A stretch of 64,000 nucleotides of DNA from a virus (lineage: Duplodnaviria > Caudoviricetes): positions 31,901-95,900 of the IMG/VR virus record IMGVR_UViG_3300010163_003659, one strand, 5' to 3'. Both the position numbers and the translations under genes were made by a program. A model generated the notes under the pieces. That model was not told where the DNA came from, made no database searches, and saw only the letters and a program-made list of their open reading frames with translations. Shown here in pieces: positions 39,504 to 50,561 of this stretch. Position 1 is the first letter of the stretch, and each line of letters opens with the position of its first letter.

Positions 39504-39863
39504 ATGATAAATGCGAGAATGATGTATTTAAAGCCGGGGAATCTTTTCAAAGATTTCATTATTGAAAAAAATAGCCAGAAAGTAACATCTACAGGCAGGG
39601 TACCAGTGAGCTATAGTAGCGATGGTACTGATATCCTGAAGGGATGCCTTGCGGATGCGTCTGACTCGGATAAAGCGAATCACAGTATGACAAAGCATCA
39701 AGTCACGCATACGATTGTGCAGAGAGGTGCCCCCAAAGCGAAGAGGGCTGACAGGCTGGTTTTTGAAGAGCGTGTGTTTTATATTGTTGATGTAAATGAT
39801 ATAGGGGCACTTGGCATAACGACTATTTATTATGCTGAAGAAAGAAAGGACGTGAAGGGATGA
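39504..39863 (+). CDS. Putative head closure protein
   Basis: Size and position. Confidence 0.55.
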   Translation: MINARMMYLKPGNLFKDFIIEKNSQKVTSTGRVPVSYSSDGTDILKGCLADASDSDKANHSMTKHQVTHTIVQRGAPKAKRADRLVFEERVFYIVDVNDIGALGITTIYYAEERKDVKG

Positions 39864-40318
39864 GATTATGGAATGATACAGATGCAAGGGGCAGCCCCGG
39901 GGCTGCCGTCCACATGAAGGTAAAGGAGATTAAAGAAGGCATTACCCGGCAGGTGGCATCCAGAGGTGCAAGGGCAGTAAATGCCCTGCGCAATGCTGAA
40001 TTAGAAGTGCTAAAAGGACAGAGGAGCGGTAAGGTATATCGGAAACCATATACAAAAAAGGCAACATACACTGCATCCGCACCAGGGGAGGCACCGGCCA
40101 AAAGAACAGGGAACCTCCGTTTACATTGGAATGGGGATGTAAAGGTGGATGGGAATCCAAAGAATGGTGTAACGGTATCAGCAGTATTGGAGAGCCAGGA
40201 AAAATATGCTGTATATCTGGAGAAAGGAATGGGTATGGCACCAAGGCCTTTTGTGGATAAAATTATTGAGAAGGCAGAGCCGGAAATTAAAAAAATTTAT
40301 AGTGGGCCATTTGGCTGA
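39860..40318 (+). CDS. HK97 gp10-like neck protein
   Basis: ASAPGEAPAKRTGNLR, YAVYLEKG.GMAPRPF. Confidence 0.75.
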   Translation: MRLWNDTDARGSPGAAVHMKVKEIKEGITRQVASRGARAVNALRNAELEVLKGQRSGKVYRKPYTKKATYTASAPGEAPAKRTGNLRLHWNGDVKVDGNPKNGVTVSAVLESQEKYAVYLEKGMGMAPRPFVDKIIEKAEPEIKKIYSGPFG

Positions 40319-40340
40319 CACAGGCAGGAGGTGGAAATAA

Positions 40341-40661
40341 ATGCAGTTGGTAATTGAAAAACCCACGGCGGTTTTTAACCTTGCACAGATAAAACCGGGT
40401 TATTTGTTTTATGGGAAACACAGGACATGGAGTGAAGGAAAATCAGGAATAGTGACATCAGCTACGGAAAAGCAGTTGACGGTACAATATTTTCCGGGGC
40501 TTGCAAATATCACGAACCATTTTTTTATTCCGGCAGAGGAAGTAACGGCTGGCGAGTGGGATGTGAGATATTCCGCTGATATGTCAGAGGTGTATTGTTT
40601 TGCAGGGGAAGACACTGGGAAAGGAGATGCCGTAGATGAATCTGGCGGAACTGATTTATAA
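40341..40661 (+). CDS. Phage hypothetical protein
   Basis: AGGAGGT RBS. Confidence 0.6.
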   Translation: MQLVIEKPTAVFNLAQIKPGYLFYGKHRTWSEGKSGIVTSATEKQLTVQYFPGLANITNHFFIPAEEVTAGEWDVRYSADMSEVYCFAGEDTGKGDAVDESGGTDL

Positions 40662-41760
40662 AAGGTTTGTAGATTCTGAGAGCCTGACAAAGCATCTTTC
40701 ACGGTATGCGGGATATCCGGCTGTATTCAGCCCGGAGCCACCAGAAAATGAACAAGAAGGGTGGAACGGGATTACACAATACCCAAGAGTCGTTTATAAT
40801 TTTGACCTGCAGGCAAATGAAGAGAGAAACAGTGCAGGGACACTGGCCGTATCCCTTATCTGCCAGAATACAGGCCAAGTATCACCGGAAGATATCGGTG
40901 CGGAAATAAAGATGTGCCTTAAGGATGTCCTGCTAAAGACAGACAGCGGCATTTTGTATGCTTTTGCATGGGCAAAAACAGAAGCTTTTACCATGCCGGA
41001 GGAAAAGAAGGATATTTTAATTGGCTGTGACATCTATTTTGACATTCTAGAATACACAAACCAGGAAACGACTGACCCAGACCCGATAATGGCAGCGGGC
41101 AGGTATATAAAAGAACTTTATCCGGAGTGTATTGTCATTGGAATGGACCAGATGGGGGAGATTACAGAAGCATCTGATGATGTTCCTGTTGTTTATTGCA
41201 GGCTTGCATCACTGGATAAGGCAGAGGAAACAAATACTGTGGCATGGATGGATGGCAGGATAGCCGTCCATATTTTATGCCCGGATGGAGAAAAACGGAC
41301 AAAAATGGCAGGTGCAGTTGTAAATAGATTGTCTCTGGACGGGGAAATTATCATGCTGGATAAATCCCCCATGACAGTTAAAAGGCTGCAGGCGAACTAT
41401 AAATCTGACTATCTGAAAGACGGCCAGATTTTTTTTACCGGACATTATGGTTTGCTTAGGTATAAACCAAAAGGCCATACCATAAAACAGGCAGAGTGTT
41501 CAAATATGGAGACAGGAGGTGGGATTGTGGCTAAAACAGGCACAGAAAGAAAAACGGGCCAACAAACCAGGGTGGCAGCAGATGCCGGGCAGAAAGGACC
41601 GGTTTATACAGTAGGGGAATTTGCTGACAATGCAGAAGAGTTGTTCCATACACGGCCGGAATGTGTTATTGCAGCCCTAAAGGAAGTGAATATTACAGAA
41701 TGTGGGAAAGCACAGGCAGAAAAGATTGTAAATGCATTCAAGAAAAGGGAGGTTAAATAG
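40636..41760 (+). CDS. Putative tail terminator/completion protein
   Basis: Immediately before sheath gene. Confidence 0.55.
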   Translation: MNLAELIYKRFVDSESLTKHLSRYAGYPAVFSPEPPENEQEGWNGITQYPRVVYNFDLQANEERNSAGTLAVSLICQNTGQVSPEDIGAEIKMCLKDVLLKTDSGILYAFAWAKTEAFTMPEEKKDILIGCDIYFDILEYTNQETTDPDPIMAAGRYIKELYPECIVIGMDQMGEITEASDDVPVVYCRLASLDKAEETNTVAWMDGRIAVHILCPDGEKRTKMAGAVVNRLSLDGEIIMLDKSPMTVKRLQANYKSDYLKDGQIFFTGHYGLLRYKPKGHTIKQAECSNMETGGGIVAKTGTERKTGQQTRVAADAGQKGPVYTVGEFADNAEELFHTRPECVIAALKEVNITECGKAQAEKIVNAFKKREVK

Positions 41761-41762
41761 AA

Positions 41763-43169
41763 ATGGCAGGAACATTTATTATTGGTGAACAGAAAATAAG
41801 GCCTGGTTCCTATTTTAATATCGGGACAAAGGATGGTTATTCTGCGGATGTGATTAACGGAGTGACTGCAGTTATTTTCCGTTCAGATTTTGGCCCGGTA
41901 GGTGAGGCGGTTGAGTTAAGCAGGGATGAAGGTTATGCGGATGTATTCGGTACAGGTGGCACTACTGATGCTATCCAGGAAGCGCTGAATGGCGGGGCAA
42001 AAACTATTATAGCATGCAGGCTCGGCAATGGGGGAACTGTATCTTCTGTTATATTAAAGGATGCAGATAATGAGGATGCAGTTACAGTAAGCACGAAATA
42101 TCCAGGCTCAAAATCTTTCCATCTGACAATCCGTGAAAAAATTACGGATTTTTCGGTTAAGGAATGTATTATCTACTGTGGGGTAAAAGAATTTGAGAAA
42201 GTTACATTTGCAGCTGGCAATGGGGAAACAAAGGCTCTGGCAGAAGCCTTGGCAGCTACCAGCTGTTTTTCTGCTGTTATTGCAGATGGTAAGGAAGATG
42301 CCGTACTGCTGAATGTTTCACAAGATGAACTTTCAGGGGGCAGTGACCCGGCCATCACCACGGAAGCATATTCTGATGCTTTCGAACTTGTTGAGCCATA
42401 TGTATTTAATACAATCTGTGTTGATACTGAGGATTCAGCAGTACATCTGTTGTTACAGGCGTTTATTAACCGTATTTTTGAAAACGGTTCCTTCACTCAG
42501 GCGGTTGTGGCAGAAAAGAGTTCCCTTGATATCAAAATACGGGAAAACCGTGCAGTATCTTATAATGATGAAAAGATGAATTATGTCCTTAACCCAAGGC
42601 TTGATGTGCAGGGGACAGTAATTGATGGCTACCAGACAGCGGCACGCATTGCTGGAATGATAGGCTCCGTGCCATCGAACCAGTCATTGACCCATGCAAT
42701 CATGAAAAATTGTACAGATATATTGGAACGGCTTACCCCGGCACAGATAACAAAAGCTGAGACGAAGGGGTGCATTGTGCTGTCAATGAATTCTGACAAA
42801 CAGGTCTGGATTGATAATGCAATCAATACGCTGATTACGCCTGCTGAAAATCAGGATAAAGGCTGGAAAAAAATACGGCGTGTAAAAACCAGGTTTGAAA
42901 TGCTCAGACGCTGTAACCAGACAACAGACAGGCTTGTAGGGAAGGTTGATAATGATACGAACGGAAGGAAAACCATTATCAGTAATCTGAACGGAGTAGG
43001 CGCTGATATGGTCAGTGAAGGGAAACTGAATTATTTCAAAGCGTCAGAAAGCTATCAGTTTGAATCAGATGGGGATTCCTGTTGGTTTGACGTTGATGTG
43101 GTTGATAAGGATTCTGCTGAACATATTTATGCAATGTATGAATTCCAGTTCAGCACCAATTTGGTTTAG
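41763..43169 (+). CDS. Tail sheath protein (XkdK-like)
   Basis: KIRPGSYFN, KYPG, NQSLTH, WKKIRRVK, GKVDND. Confidence 0.9.
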   Translation: MAGTFIIGEQKIRPGSYFNIGTKDGYSADVINGVTAVIFRSDFGPVGEAVELSRDEGYADVFGTGGTTDAIQEALNGGAKTIIACRLGNGGTVSSVILKDADNEDAVTVSTKYPGSKSFHLTIREKITDFSVKECIIYCGVKEFEKVTFAAGNGETKALAEALAATSCFSAVIADGKEDAVLLNVSQDELSGGSDPAITTEAYSDAFELVEPYVFNTICVDTEDSAVHLLLQAFINRIFENGSFTQAVVAEKSSLDIKIRENRAVSYNDEKMNYVLNPRLDVQGTVIDGYQTAARIAGMIGSVPSNQSLTHAIMKNCTDILERLTPAQITKAETKGCIVLSMNSDKQVWIDNAINTLITPAENQDKGWKKIRRVKTRFEMLRRCNQTTDRLVGKVDNDTNGRKTIISNLNGVGADMVSEGKLNYFKASESYQFESDGDSCWFDVDVVDKDSAEHIYAMYEFQFSTNLV

Positions 43170-43182
43170 GAGGTGAAGGCTT

Positions 43183-43647
43183 ATGATAAGAAATCCACAG
43201 GCGGCCAGTGATACAAGGCATGCGAGGACCGGAAAAGATGGTGCGCTTTACAATCAGGCGGGTGTCCTTATGGCATCGGTTGAATCGTTTACATCAAATG
43301 TAAGCTGGAATAATGCAAAATATTCTGTAATGGGTGATGCGCAGGAGCATGAAACAACAAATACTTTTGCTGTCACCCTTACCCTGTCACAGGTTGTCAT
43401 AGAGGATGACGCCTTTTTTGTCGAATTGATGGAGTCCATGGAGACACAGGAAAAGCCTGTCTGGAATTTTCAGGGTTCCCTGCTTGGCAGAAATGGTTCT
43501 GAAGAACGTGTATCATATTATGAGTGTGTGCCGTCCGGACAGGTTGACATCCAGAATTTATCTGTGGGCGATGTAATTAAGCGGCAGTGGAATTTATTTG
43601 TAAACAGGCCGCCGAAGCTGACAAGCCTTTTAACAGTAGACAGATAG
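43183..43647 (+). CDS. Tail tube protein (XkdM-like)
   Basis: 154 aa, follows sheath. Confidence 0.8.
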   Translation: MIRNPQAASDTRHARTGKDGALYNQAGVLMASVESFTSNVSWNNAKYSVMGDAQEHETTNTFAVTLTLSQVVIEDDAFFVELMESMETQEKPVWNFQGSLLGRNGSEERVSYYECVPSGQVDIQNLSVGDVIKRQWNLFVNRPPKLTSLLTVDR

Positions 43648-43741
43648 AAAGCATGAAAAAAATATTTGTAACTTAACAGGTAAACATGGGGAATGCATTG
43701 GCATTCCCTTTTTTTAATAAGACGAATGGAGGAAAAATTAT

Positions 43742-44311
43742 ATGTCAAGTGAATTTAAGCCGGGAGTAACTGTAAAAAATGCACCTTCTCCGGAGAATGG
43801 GGCTGTATCAAATGCAGAAGAACGTGAGTTTTCGGAAAAGGAAACTGCAAATCAGATGAGACAGCAGGAGGAAGATTTTATACAGGGGCTGATTGATGCA
43901 TCTGGTTATACACAGGAGGAGCACAAGATTATAGAAATAGCAAGGAAAGGCAAGGTGTATTTCCAGTTCAGCATCCGTCCGCTTTCAGAGAATGAATATG
44001 AAAAATGCCGCAAAAAGAATACGAAATATGTGCGCAATAAGAAGCTTGGCATGAAGATGCCGGAAGATACAGACAGCGTTAAGTACAGGGACATGCTTAT
44101 TTATGAGGCTACCATTCCGGAAGACCGCGAAAAGCTGTGGGATAACAAGAAGGTCTGGGATGCAATGCGTAACAATGGTTTGCAGATTATGAATGGGCTT
44201 GATGTTATTGAATATTCTCTCATAGCGGGCGAGAAGGAAAAAATAGTGGAACAGATTGACAGAATCAGTGGATTTGAAGACGACAGTCTGGAGGAAGTTA
44301 CAAAAAACTAA
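43742..44311 (+). CDS. Tail assembly chaperone (XkdN-like), probable -1 frameshift extension to 44487
   Basis: A AAA AAC slippery site at 44302-44308 before stop; open -1 frame; downstream hairpin. Confidence 0.8.
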   Translation: MSSEFKPGVTVKNAPSPENGAVSNAEEREFSEKETANQMRQQEEDFIQGLIDASGYTQEEHKIIEIARKGKVYFQFSIRPLSENEYEKCRKKNTKYVRNKKLGMKMPEDTDSVKYRDMLIYEATIPEDREKLWDNKKVWDAMRNNGLQIMNGLDVIEYSLIAGEKEKIVEQIDRISGFEDDSLEEVTKN

Positions 44312-44464
44312 TACGGGCAGGCGGTAAACTCTGCCTGCTTCACCATATATTCCAGAAACAGGGAATAACCCCGGATGAATTTTATCAGAAGCCGAAAGGA
44401 ATCCAGACATTTATGCTGTCATCGACCATCATAGCCTTGGAAGCACAGGGGGGAGGTGAGGACG

Positions 44465-47400
44465 ATGGCGGAAACAATCAGGATTGAAATACCAATTGAG
44501 ACAAAAGATGAAACGGAGCCGGATTTATCCAATATAGGAAAAAAGTTAGACAAGGTGGGAAGCGCAGCGGAAAAAACAGGGGAATCCGTTCAGGAAGCCG
44601 GAAGGAAAGTATCAAAGTTTGATGCTTCCGCAGAAAAGACGCAGCGCAGCCTTGCAAAATGGGCAAAAGAAAAGTATCAGATATTCCTTGAAGCAAAGGA
44701 ACGGATTACGCCTGTTCTTTCAACGCTTGGCAACGGGCTTAAGAGTTTTACCGGAAAAACATGGCAGGTGAGTATGAAAGCGCTTGATTTTGTCACATCC
44801 CCGGTAAAAGGAATTATTAACCTGCTGAAAAACCCCATTTTCCAAGCAGGGGCAGTCCTCGGGGTCAGTATTGGGATGAAAGATACCATAGATACTTATA
44901 AGGATTTCGAGTCAGCGATGTCACAGGTGGCTGCCATCAGTGGTGCCACAGGCTCAGACTTTGAAAAACTGAATGCCAAGGCAAAGGAGATGGGAGCCAC
45001 AACGAAATTTACGGCAACGGAAGCAGCCGAAGGTTTCAATTATATGGCAATGGCTGGATGGAAAACAAAAGATATGCTAAACGGCATAGATGGGATTTTA
45101 AGCCTTGCTGCAGCGTCTGGGGAAGATTTAGGCACGACTTCGGACATTGTGACAGATGCTTTGACAGCTTTCGGGTTAAAGGCCAGCGATTCCGGGCATT
45201 TTGCTGATGTGCTTGCACAGGCATCTGCCAACGCTAACACTAATGTATCTATGCTTGGAGAATCTTTTAAGTATGTTGCCCCGGTTGCCGGTGCAATGAA
45301 ATACAGTGTGGAAGATGTTTCCCTTGCGCTGGGGCTTATGGCAAATTCCAGCGTCAAAGGCTCTATGGCAGGTACAGCATTGAAGACATCGCTTGCAAAT
45401 ATGGCATCCCCGACGGATAAGATGGAGGCTGCCATGAAACGGTACAATATCAGCCTGAAGGATGGCCATGGAAAAATGAAGACACTGAAAGGTGTCATGG
45501 ACAACCTGCGGAAAGGCCTGGGTGGATTATCAGAAGCTGAACAGACTGCTGCAGCAAGTACTATATTTGGCAAGGAAGCCATGGCTGGCATGCTGTCAAT
45601 TATTAATGCCAGCGAGAAAGATTATAAGAAACTGACCAAGGCAGTGAATAATGCAGATGGTGCTTCAAAGAATATGGCAGATACCATGCTTGATAATCTG
45701 GAGGGTTCCATTACCCTCTTGCAGAGCGCTTTGGATGGCGTAAAGCTTTCCTTTGGGAAGCGTTTGTCCCCATATGTACGGGGGATTGCGGACTGGCTCA
45801 CTGAAATGATGCCCGACGTGGAGTCAGCGATTAGTGATATGATGGATTTTGTTGACCGGAAGGTCTCTAAACTACAGGCAAGGTTCCGTGAAATATCTGA
45901 TACTGATGACTGGAAGAATGCAGATTTGTTTGGAAAAGCAGGTATTGCGTGGGATGAATTCATTGTTGAGCCTTTTTCAGAATGGTGGGAAAGTACAGGA
46001 AAGGCAAAAATTGCAGGGATTGCAGGCGACTTTGGCAGTGCGCTTGGGACGGGGTTGAATGCGGGTATTATGACGCTCCTTGGCCTTGATGTATCTGATT
46101 CACTGGATGAGGGGGCGAACATTGGAAGGTCATTTGCCAGAGGTTTTGCAGACGGTTTTGATTTTGATGCAATAAGCAGTAAACTCTGGGATGGTTTAGG
46201 GAACCTTGTAAAAAATGCTGGCAAACTGCTTCCGGGAGGTGAATCAGCTGATTTGTCTTCTTTATTGTCGGCGGCTATGCTGGCAAAGATAGCCAGCCCA
46301 TTAATAAGTGTCGGTTCCGGTGCGGCTGGTCTGGGTAAAATGGTATTTGGGGCAGGTACTGGCTCCGGAGGAGCTTCACTTGCTGGAACAATGCTTGGCT
46401 CAGCAAGTGCCGGGACAGGGCTGGCGGGAGTTGGTGCAAATACAGCTATTAAGTTAGGTGCTGGGAACCTTGCAGGTGGTGCCTCACTGAGTGCTGGGGC
46501 ATTAAGCGGGATTGGCCTTGGTGCTGTGGCAGGCGGCGCTGTTGGTGGCGCGTCCCTTATCAGTGGAGGCATGGATGTATATAAAGCAGTAAAAGCTGAC
46601 AATCTGGAAGAGCAGGATGCCTATGCGGAATCTGCAACATGGAAAATCGGAGGTGTTGCCAGTGGCGCCGCAATTGGAGCAGGCATAGGTTCTGTTGTAC
46701 CTGTACTTGGTACTGCCGCGGGTGCTCTTATTGGAGCAGGCGTCGGTGGAATTACGGGGTTTGTACAGGGAAAGAAAGCCTTGGAAGAATATGAAGAAAA
46801 AATGGAACTGGCAAGGCAGGAGTCGGAAAAGGCAGAGAAGGTGTATGCAGCAACAGGGCATTCTATTAAAGATGTCAGCTTTGAGTCAAAAGCATTGACA
46901 GATGCAATGAATGATTCCAGTGTCAGTGCTGAGCAGCTGGGTCTGATGTTCCAAGAAGCTGTTAATGATAAACTGAAAAACAGCTTCGGTGATATTTCAT
47001 TATCCCTGTCAGAAATAAAGGAAATAGCAGGCAGTATTGTGTTTGACAGGCAGACCAAAAGCATGGATAAATTTGAAGAGGCAGTACGGAATTCTGATGA
47101 TTCGTTTCAGACGTTACAAAGCAGCATGGACAATCTTGATAAAGCAAACTGGGAAGTCGGGCTTGGCATGAAGTTAAATAAAGCGGATAAGGAGAATTAC
47201 AGAAATGCCATTGATTCCTATGTGGAAAGTGCAAAATCCTATATAAAAAATAAGCATTACGAAGCTTCTGTTGCTATAGACCTCCTGATTGAGAATTCAG
47301 ACGGTGGCTATACAGATAGTCTTGACGATACGTATAACAGCCTGAATAAGAAAATCAAGAAGTGGGACAAAAAACTGGATGCTGAAATAAAAGTTGCTTT

Positions 47401-48853
47401 AAAGGACGGGGTTATAGATCTGGATGAAGAGAAGGAGATAACACGCCTGCAAAAGAAGATTCAGAATATCACAAATAAAGTATCTTCTGCAGAGGAAAAG
47501 GCCTCTTTTGCCTCGTTGAAAGTAAGATACAGCGGTTCCGACCTTGATGCAGAATCATTTGCCGGCCTGCAGGAAGAGATTCAGGCAAATGTGGAAAGCA
47601 TGGCCGGAAATTATGATGATGCATTACAGATAAGCCTTACAAATCTTCAGCTGCAATTGGATGAGGGCGCAATTGACCAGAAGGGGTATGATAAAATGCT
47701 CCAGAAGATTTCTGACGGTTACAACAAACAGATAGAAGAACTGCAGGACAGGGCAGAGGATTTTCAATTGGGCGCCATCGCAGATGCTTTCAGCAGCCAG
47801 CTTGACGGAATCCTGCCTGATATCGAAGGCACAACAGCGGAGAAATTCAAAGAAGCCATGAACCATGCTTTGTCTGTACAGCCAGACGCAGCGCAATGGG
47901 CACCGGAGGACATTGCGGGATGGTTTGGTTTGGAAGGGCTTGATAACGAAGTGCAGGAAGCCGTTTCATCCATGCTGCAGAGCACTGCCTTATCTATTCC
48001 GGATAGTGTTGCAGTATCGCTTCAGGAAAATGCACAGGCACAGTTCCAGCAGGTGCTCGACAGTGCAACGATGTATGATACATTCAGCGCTGCAGGGAGC
48101 AGTTATGGTTCATCCATGACAACAGGGATTACAGCAGGAATCCAGCAGGGGACGCCGTTGCTGCGGTCAGCGGCCGAGACAAGTGTCCAAAGGGCTTTTT
48201 CAACTCCGTTCAGTGTTGCAGCAAACATAAATGTTACACCAAGTTACAACATGGCGTCTGCATTTTCTTTGCCTGATCTTTCTGGCAGAGATACAAAAAT
48301 TCCTCTTAAGAAACATGCATCCGGTGGCTATGCATCCAGTAAACAGTTATCATGGCTGGCAGAGGAAGGCTGGGGGGAATTCATTATCCCGACTAATCCA
48401 AGCCGGAGAAAGAAAGCATTGGAACTGTACGAACAGGCAGGGCATATGCTTGGGGTAAGTGGACATGCAGATGGAGGTTTTGCTGCAGGGGTATTCGGCA
48501 GTGGCATTCTTCCATACAAAGACAGGGGGAATGATAGCAACAGGGCTTTGGGATGGCAGCAGCAAACGCCATCTGTAGAATGGGATGGTCCTACAGATGG
48601 GGATTATGGCACAAAACCACAGGTTCCATTTAGCTCCGGGGATTCCGGCAGGGATAATGCATCCGGCATATCTATCCAGATAGATATACAGGTTAACCCG
48701 GAATTCAATATTTCTTCTCCCGATGGACAGAATGATGCAGATATTATACAGGCATTGCGGCGGCATATGAGGGAAATAGCAGATGAAGTAGGTGGCGAAA
48801 TTGCTTCAAGGCTGGAAGGCGTATTTTCTAATATGCCATTAGAGGAGGCGTAA
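44465..48853 (+). CDS. Tape measure protein
   Basis: TP901-type core (AKEMGATTKFTATEAAEG..MAMAGW, KGSMAGTAL); ~1460 aa. Confidence 0.93.
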   Translation: MAETIRIEIPIETKDETEPDLSNIGKKLDKVGSAAEKTGESVQEAGRKVSKFDASAEKTQRSLAKWAKEKYQIFLEAKERITPVLSTLGNGLKSFTGKTWQVSMKALDFVTSPVKGIINLLKNPIFQAGAVLGVSIGMKDTIDTYKDFESAMSQVAAISGATGSDFEKLNAKAKEMGATTKFTATEAAEGFNYMAMAGWKTKDMLNGIDGILSLAAASGEDLGTTSDIVTDALTAFGLKASDSGHFADVLAQASANANTNVSMLGESFKYVAPVAGAMKYSVEDVSLALGLMANSSVKGSMAGTALKTSLANMASPTDKMEAAMKRYNISLKDGHGKMKTLKGVMDNLRKGLGGLSEAEQTAAASTIFGKEAMAGMLSIINASEKDYKKLTKAVNNADGASKNMADTMLDNLEGSITLLQSALDGVKLSFGKRLSPYVRGIADWLTEMMPDVESAISDMMDFVDRKVSKLQARFREISDTDDWKNADLFGKAGIAWDEFIVEPFSEWWESTGKAKIAGIAGDFGSALGTGLNAGIMTLLGLDVSDSLDEGANIGRSFARGFADGFDFDAISSKLWDGLGNLVKNAGKLLPGGESADLSSLLSAAMLAKIASPLISVGSGAAGLGKMVFGAGTGSGGASLAGTMLGSASAGTGLAGVGANTAIKLGAGNLAGGASLSAGALSGIGLGAVAGGAVGGASLISGGMDVYKAVKADNLEEQDAYAESATWKIGGVASGAAIGAGIGSVVPVLGTAAGALIGAGVGGITGFVQGKKALEEYEEKMELARQESEKAEKVYAATGHSIKDVSFESKALTDAMNDSSVSAEQLGLMFQEAVNDKLKNSFGDISLSLSEIKEIAGSIVFDRQTKSMDKFEEAVRNSDDSFQTLQSSMDNLDKANWEVGLGMKLNKADKENYRNAIDSYVESAKSYIKNKHYEASVAIDLLIENSDGGYTDSLDDTYNSLNKKIKKWDKKLDAEIKVALKDGVIDLDEEKEITRLQKKIQNITNKVSSAEEKASFASLKVRYSGSDLDAESFAGLQEEIQANVESMAGNYDDALQISLTNLQLQLDEGAIDQKGYDKMLQKISDGYNKQIEELQDRAEDFQLGAIADAFSSQLDGILPDIEGTTAEKFKEAMNHALSVQPDAAQWAPEDIAGWFGLEGLDNEVQEAVSSMLQSTALSIPDSVAVSLQENAQAQFQQVLDSATMYDTFSAAGSSYGSSMTTGITAGIQQGTPLLRSAAETSVQRAFSTPFSVAANINVTPSYNMASAFSLPDLSGRDTKIPLKKHASGGYASSKQLSWLAEEGWGEFIIPTNPSRRKKALELYEQAGHMLGVSGHADGGFAAGVFGSGILPYKDRGNDSNRALGWQQQTPSVEWDGPTDGDYGTKPQVPFSSGDSGRDNASGISIQIDIQVNPEFNISSPDGQNDADIIQALRRHMREIADEVGGEIASRLEGVFSNMPLEEA

Positions 48854-48858
48854 GGGAA

Positions 48859-49545
48859 ATGAAAATCAAATTAAAGGTTTATGGGGATAGCCCGTTTTAT
48901 TTTTCGGTAATGCCAGAGCAGATCCAGGTAAAATCATCCGCCAGATACCAGAGTTTCGACACGATATCCAAGGGGACCATAAAGGTTCCCAAGGGTACTG
49001 ATGTTGAAGAGGTTTCATGGGATGGTGAATTTTTTGGGAAGCCAAAGAGAAAAGAAAGCCTTGTCCAGACAGGGCATTGGATGGAGCCGGAAGACTGTAT
49101 ACATATCCTTAAAAGGTACATGAAAAAAGGCACCATATTAAATCTGATTGTATCTGAAACATGGATTAATATGGATGTTACAATTTCTTCCCTTACAGCA
49201 TCAGCATATGGTGCTTATGGCAATATCAGGTATTCTATAACGTTTTCCAAGGTGAAGCCTTTGAAAATTTATACAACCAAAGAGTCTGAGGTTGGGAAGA
49301 AAAAGAAAGTGAAATCCCGCGCATCTGGTAAAAAGAAGGATACGGCAAAAGGTTCTGTTTATACCGTAAAGAGTGGTGATACGCTTTGGGGGATTGCAAC
49401 TTCTAATCTAGGCAGTGGGCTTGACTGGAAAAAGATATATAGCAAAAACAAAGCTGCCATAGAATCAGCGGCAAAGAAGCATGGGAGAAAAAATTCAGAT
49501 AACGGGCATTGGATTTATCCCGGAACCAGGCTGGTCATGCCATAG
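48859..49545 (+). CDS. LysM-domain tail protein (XkdP-like)
   Basis: YTVKSGDTLWGIA...IYPGTRL. Confidence 0.88.
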   Translation: MKIKLKVYGDSPFYFSVMPEQIQVKSSARYQSFDTISKGTIKVPKGTDVEEVSWDGEFFGKPKRKESLVQTGHWMEPEDCIHILKRYMKKGTILNLIVSETWINMDVTISSLTASAYGAYGNIRYSITFSKVKPLKIYTTKESEVGKKKKVKSRASGKKKDTAKGSVYTVKSGDTLWGIATSNLGSGLDWKKIYSKNKAAIESAAKKHGRKNSDNGHWIYPGTRLVMP

Positions 49546-49556
49546 GAGGTATATTA

Positions 49557-50561
49557 ATGGTTGATGTATACAAGTTAAAATATAAAGTGGCAGTTGTAGA
49601 TGACAAGGGAGGCAGGAATAATATTACAGATTATATTGAAAATCTTGGATGGGAAGAAAACGACAAGGAGATTTCTGTCCATTCTTCTTTTACGGCAAGA
49701 AATGATAAAACATCAAAAGGTTATCTCTCCAGCCTTATCAGACCGAACTGCCTGATTATCATTTATGCGGATGGCGGTGACGGAAGATACAGGGAGGTGG
49801 CACGGGGAAACATTGCCACATGGGACAATACACGTCAGAACAGCGCACATGATTTAAAGTGTACAGCGTATGACAGCCTGTATAATCTGCAGAAAAGCCA
49901 GGATAATTTCTTTTTTCCTTCTGGGACCGGAACAAAGGCCAGAATTGAGAAGATTTTGAATAAGTGGGGAATGCCTCTTGGAAAGTATGACGGCCCAAAT
50001 AAGAAACATGGGAAAAAGAAATATCAGAATAAATACCTGTCTGATATTATTCTTGATATTCTGGATGACAGTACCAAAAAAGGAAGCAGCAAATGTATTA
50101 TCCGGCAGGAAAAAGGAAAAACACAGATTATAAAACGTGGCAGCAACAAAGACATATATGTCTTTAAAGGCAGCAATACAAAAGTAACAAATCATTCCAT
50201 CAGCACAACGGACATGGTTACGCGTGTAAAGATAATCGGCAAAGAGAAAAAGGGTGGGAAAAACAAAGTAATTGCCACGCTGAATGGTTCAACTAAATAT
50301 GGGGTCAGGCAGAGGATATATACCAGAGGTGCAGATGAATCCCTTGCAGACGCGAAATCTGCTGCAAAAGCAATTCTTGATGATGATGGGGATGTTAAAG
50401 ATGAGATTACTGTGCAGGCCCCGGATGTTCCTTATGTCAGGAAGGGGGACCTGGTTTACTTAAAAATTGGAAGCATCAAAGGATATTATTATGTTCTGGG
50501 AGTGAGGCATGATGCGGATACCTGCAGTATGTCCATGGATCTGGAGAAGAAAAAGAGGTGA
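49557..50561 (+). CDS. Baseplate hub (XkdQ-like)
   Basis: CTAYDSLYNLQKS; position. Confidence 0.75.
   Translation: MVDVYKLKYKVAVVDDKGGRNNITDYIENLGWEENDKEISVHSSFTARNDKTSKGYLSSLIRPNCLIIIYADGGDGRYREVARGNIATWDNTRQNSAHDLKCTAYDSLYNLQKSQDNFFFPSGTGTKARIEKILNKWGMPLGKYDGPNKKHGKKKYQNKYLSDIILDILDDSTKKGSSKCIIRQEKGKTQIIKRGSNKDIYVFKGSNTKVTNHSISTTDMVTRVKIIGKEKKGGKNKVIATLNGSTKYGVRQRIYTRGADESLADAKSAAKAILDDDGDVKDEITVQAPDVPYVRKGDLVYLKIGSIKGYYYVLGVRHDADTCSMSMDLEKKKR

Noticed and set aside
45040-47064. Long minus-strand ORFs opposite tape measure (similarly opposite the symporter, capsid and baseplate genes)
   Set aside because: Shadow frames of strongly supported plus-strand genes
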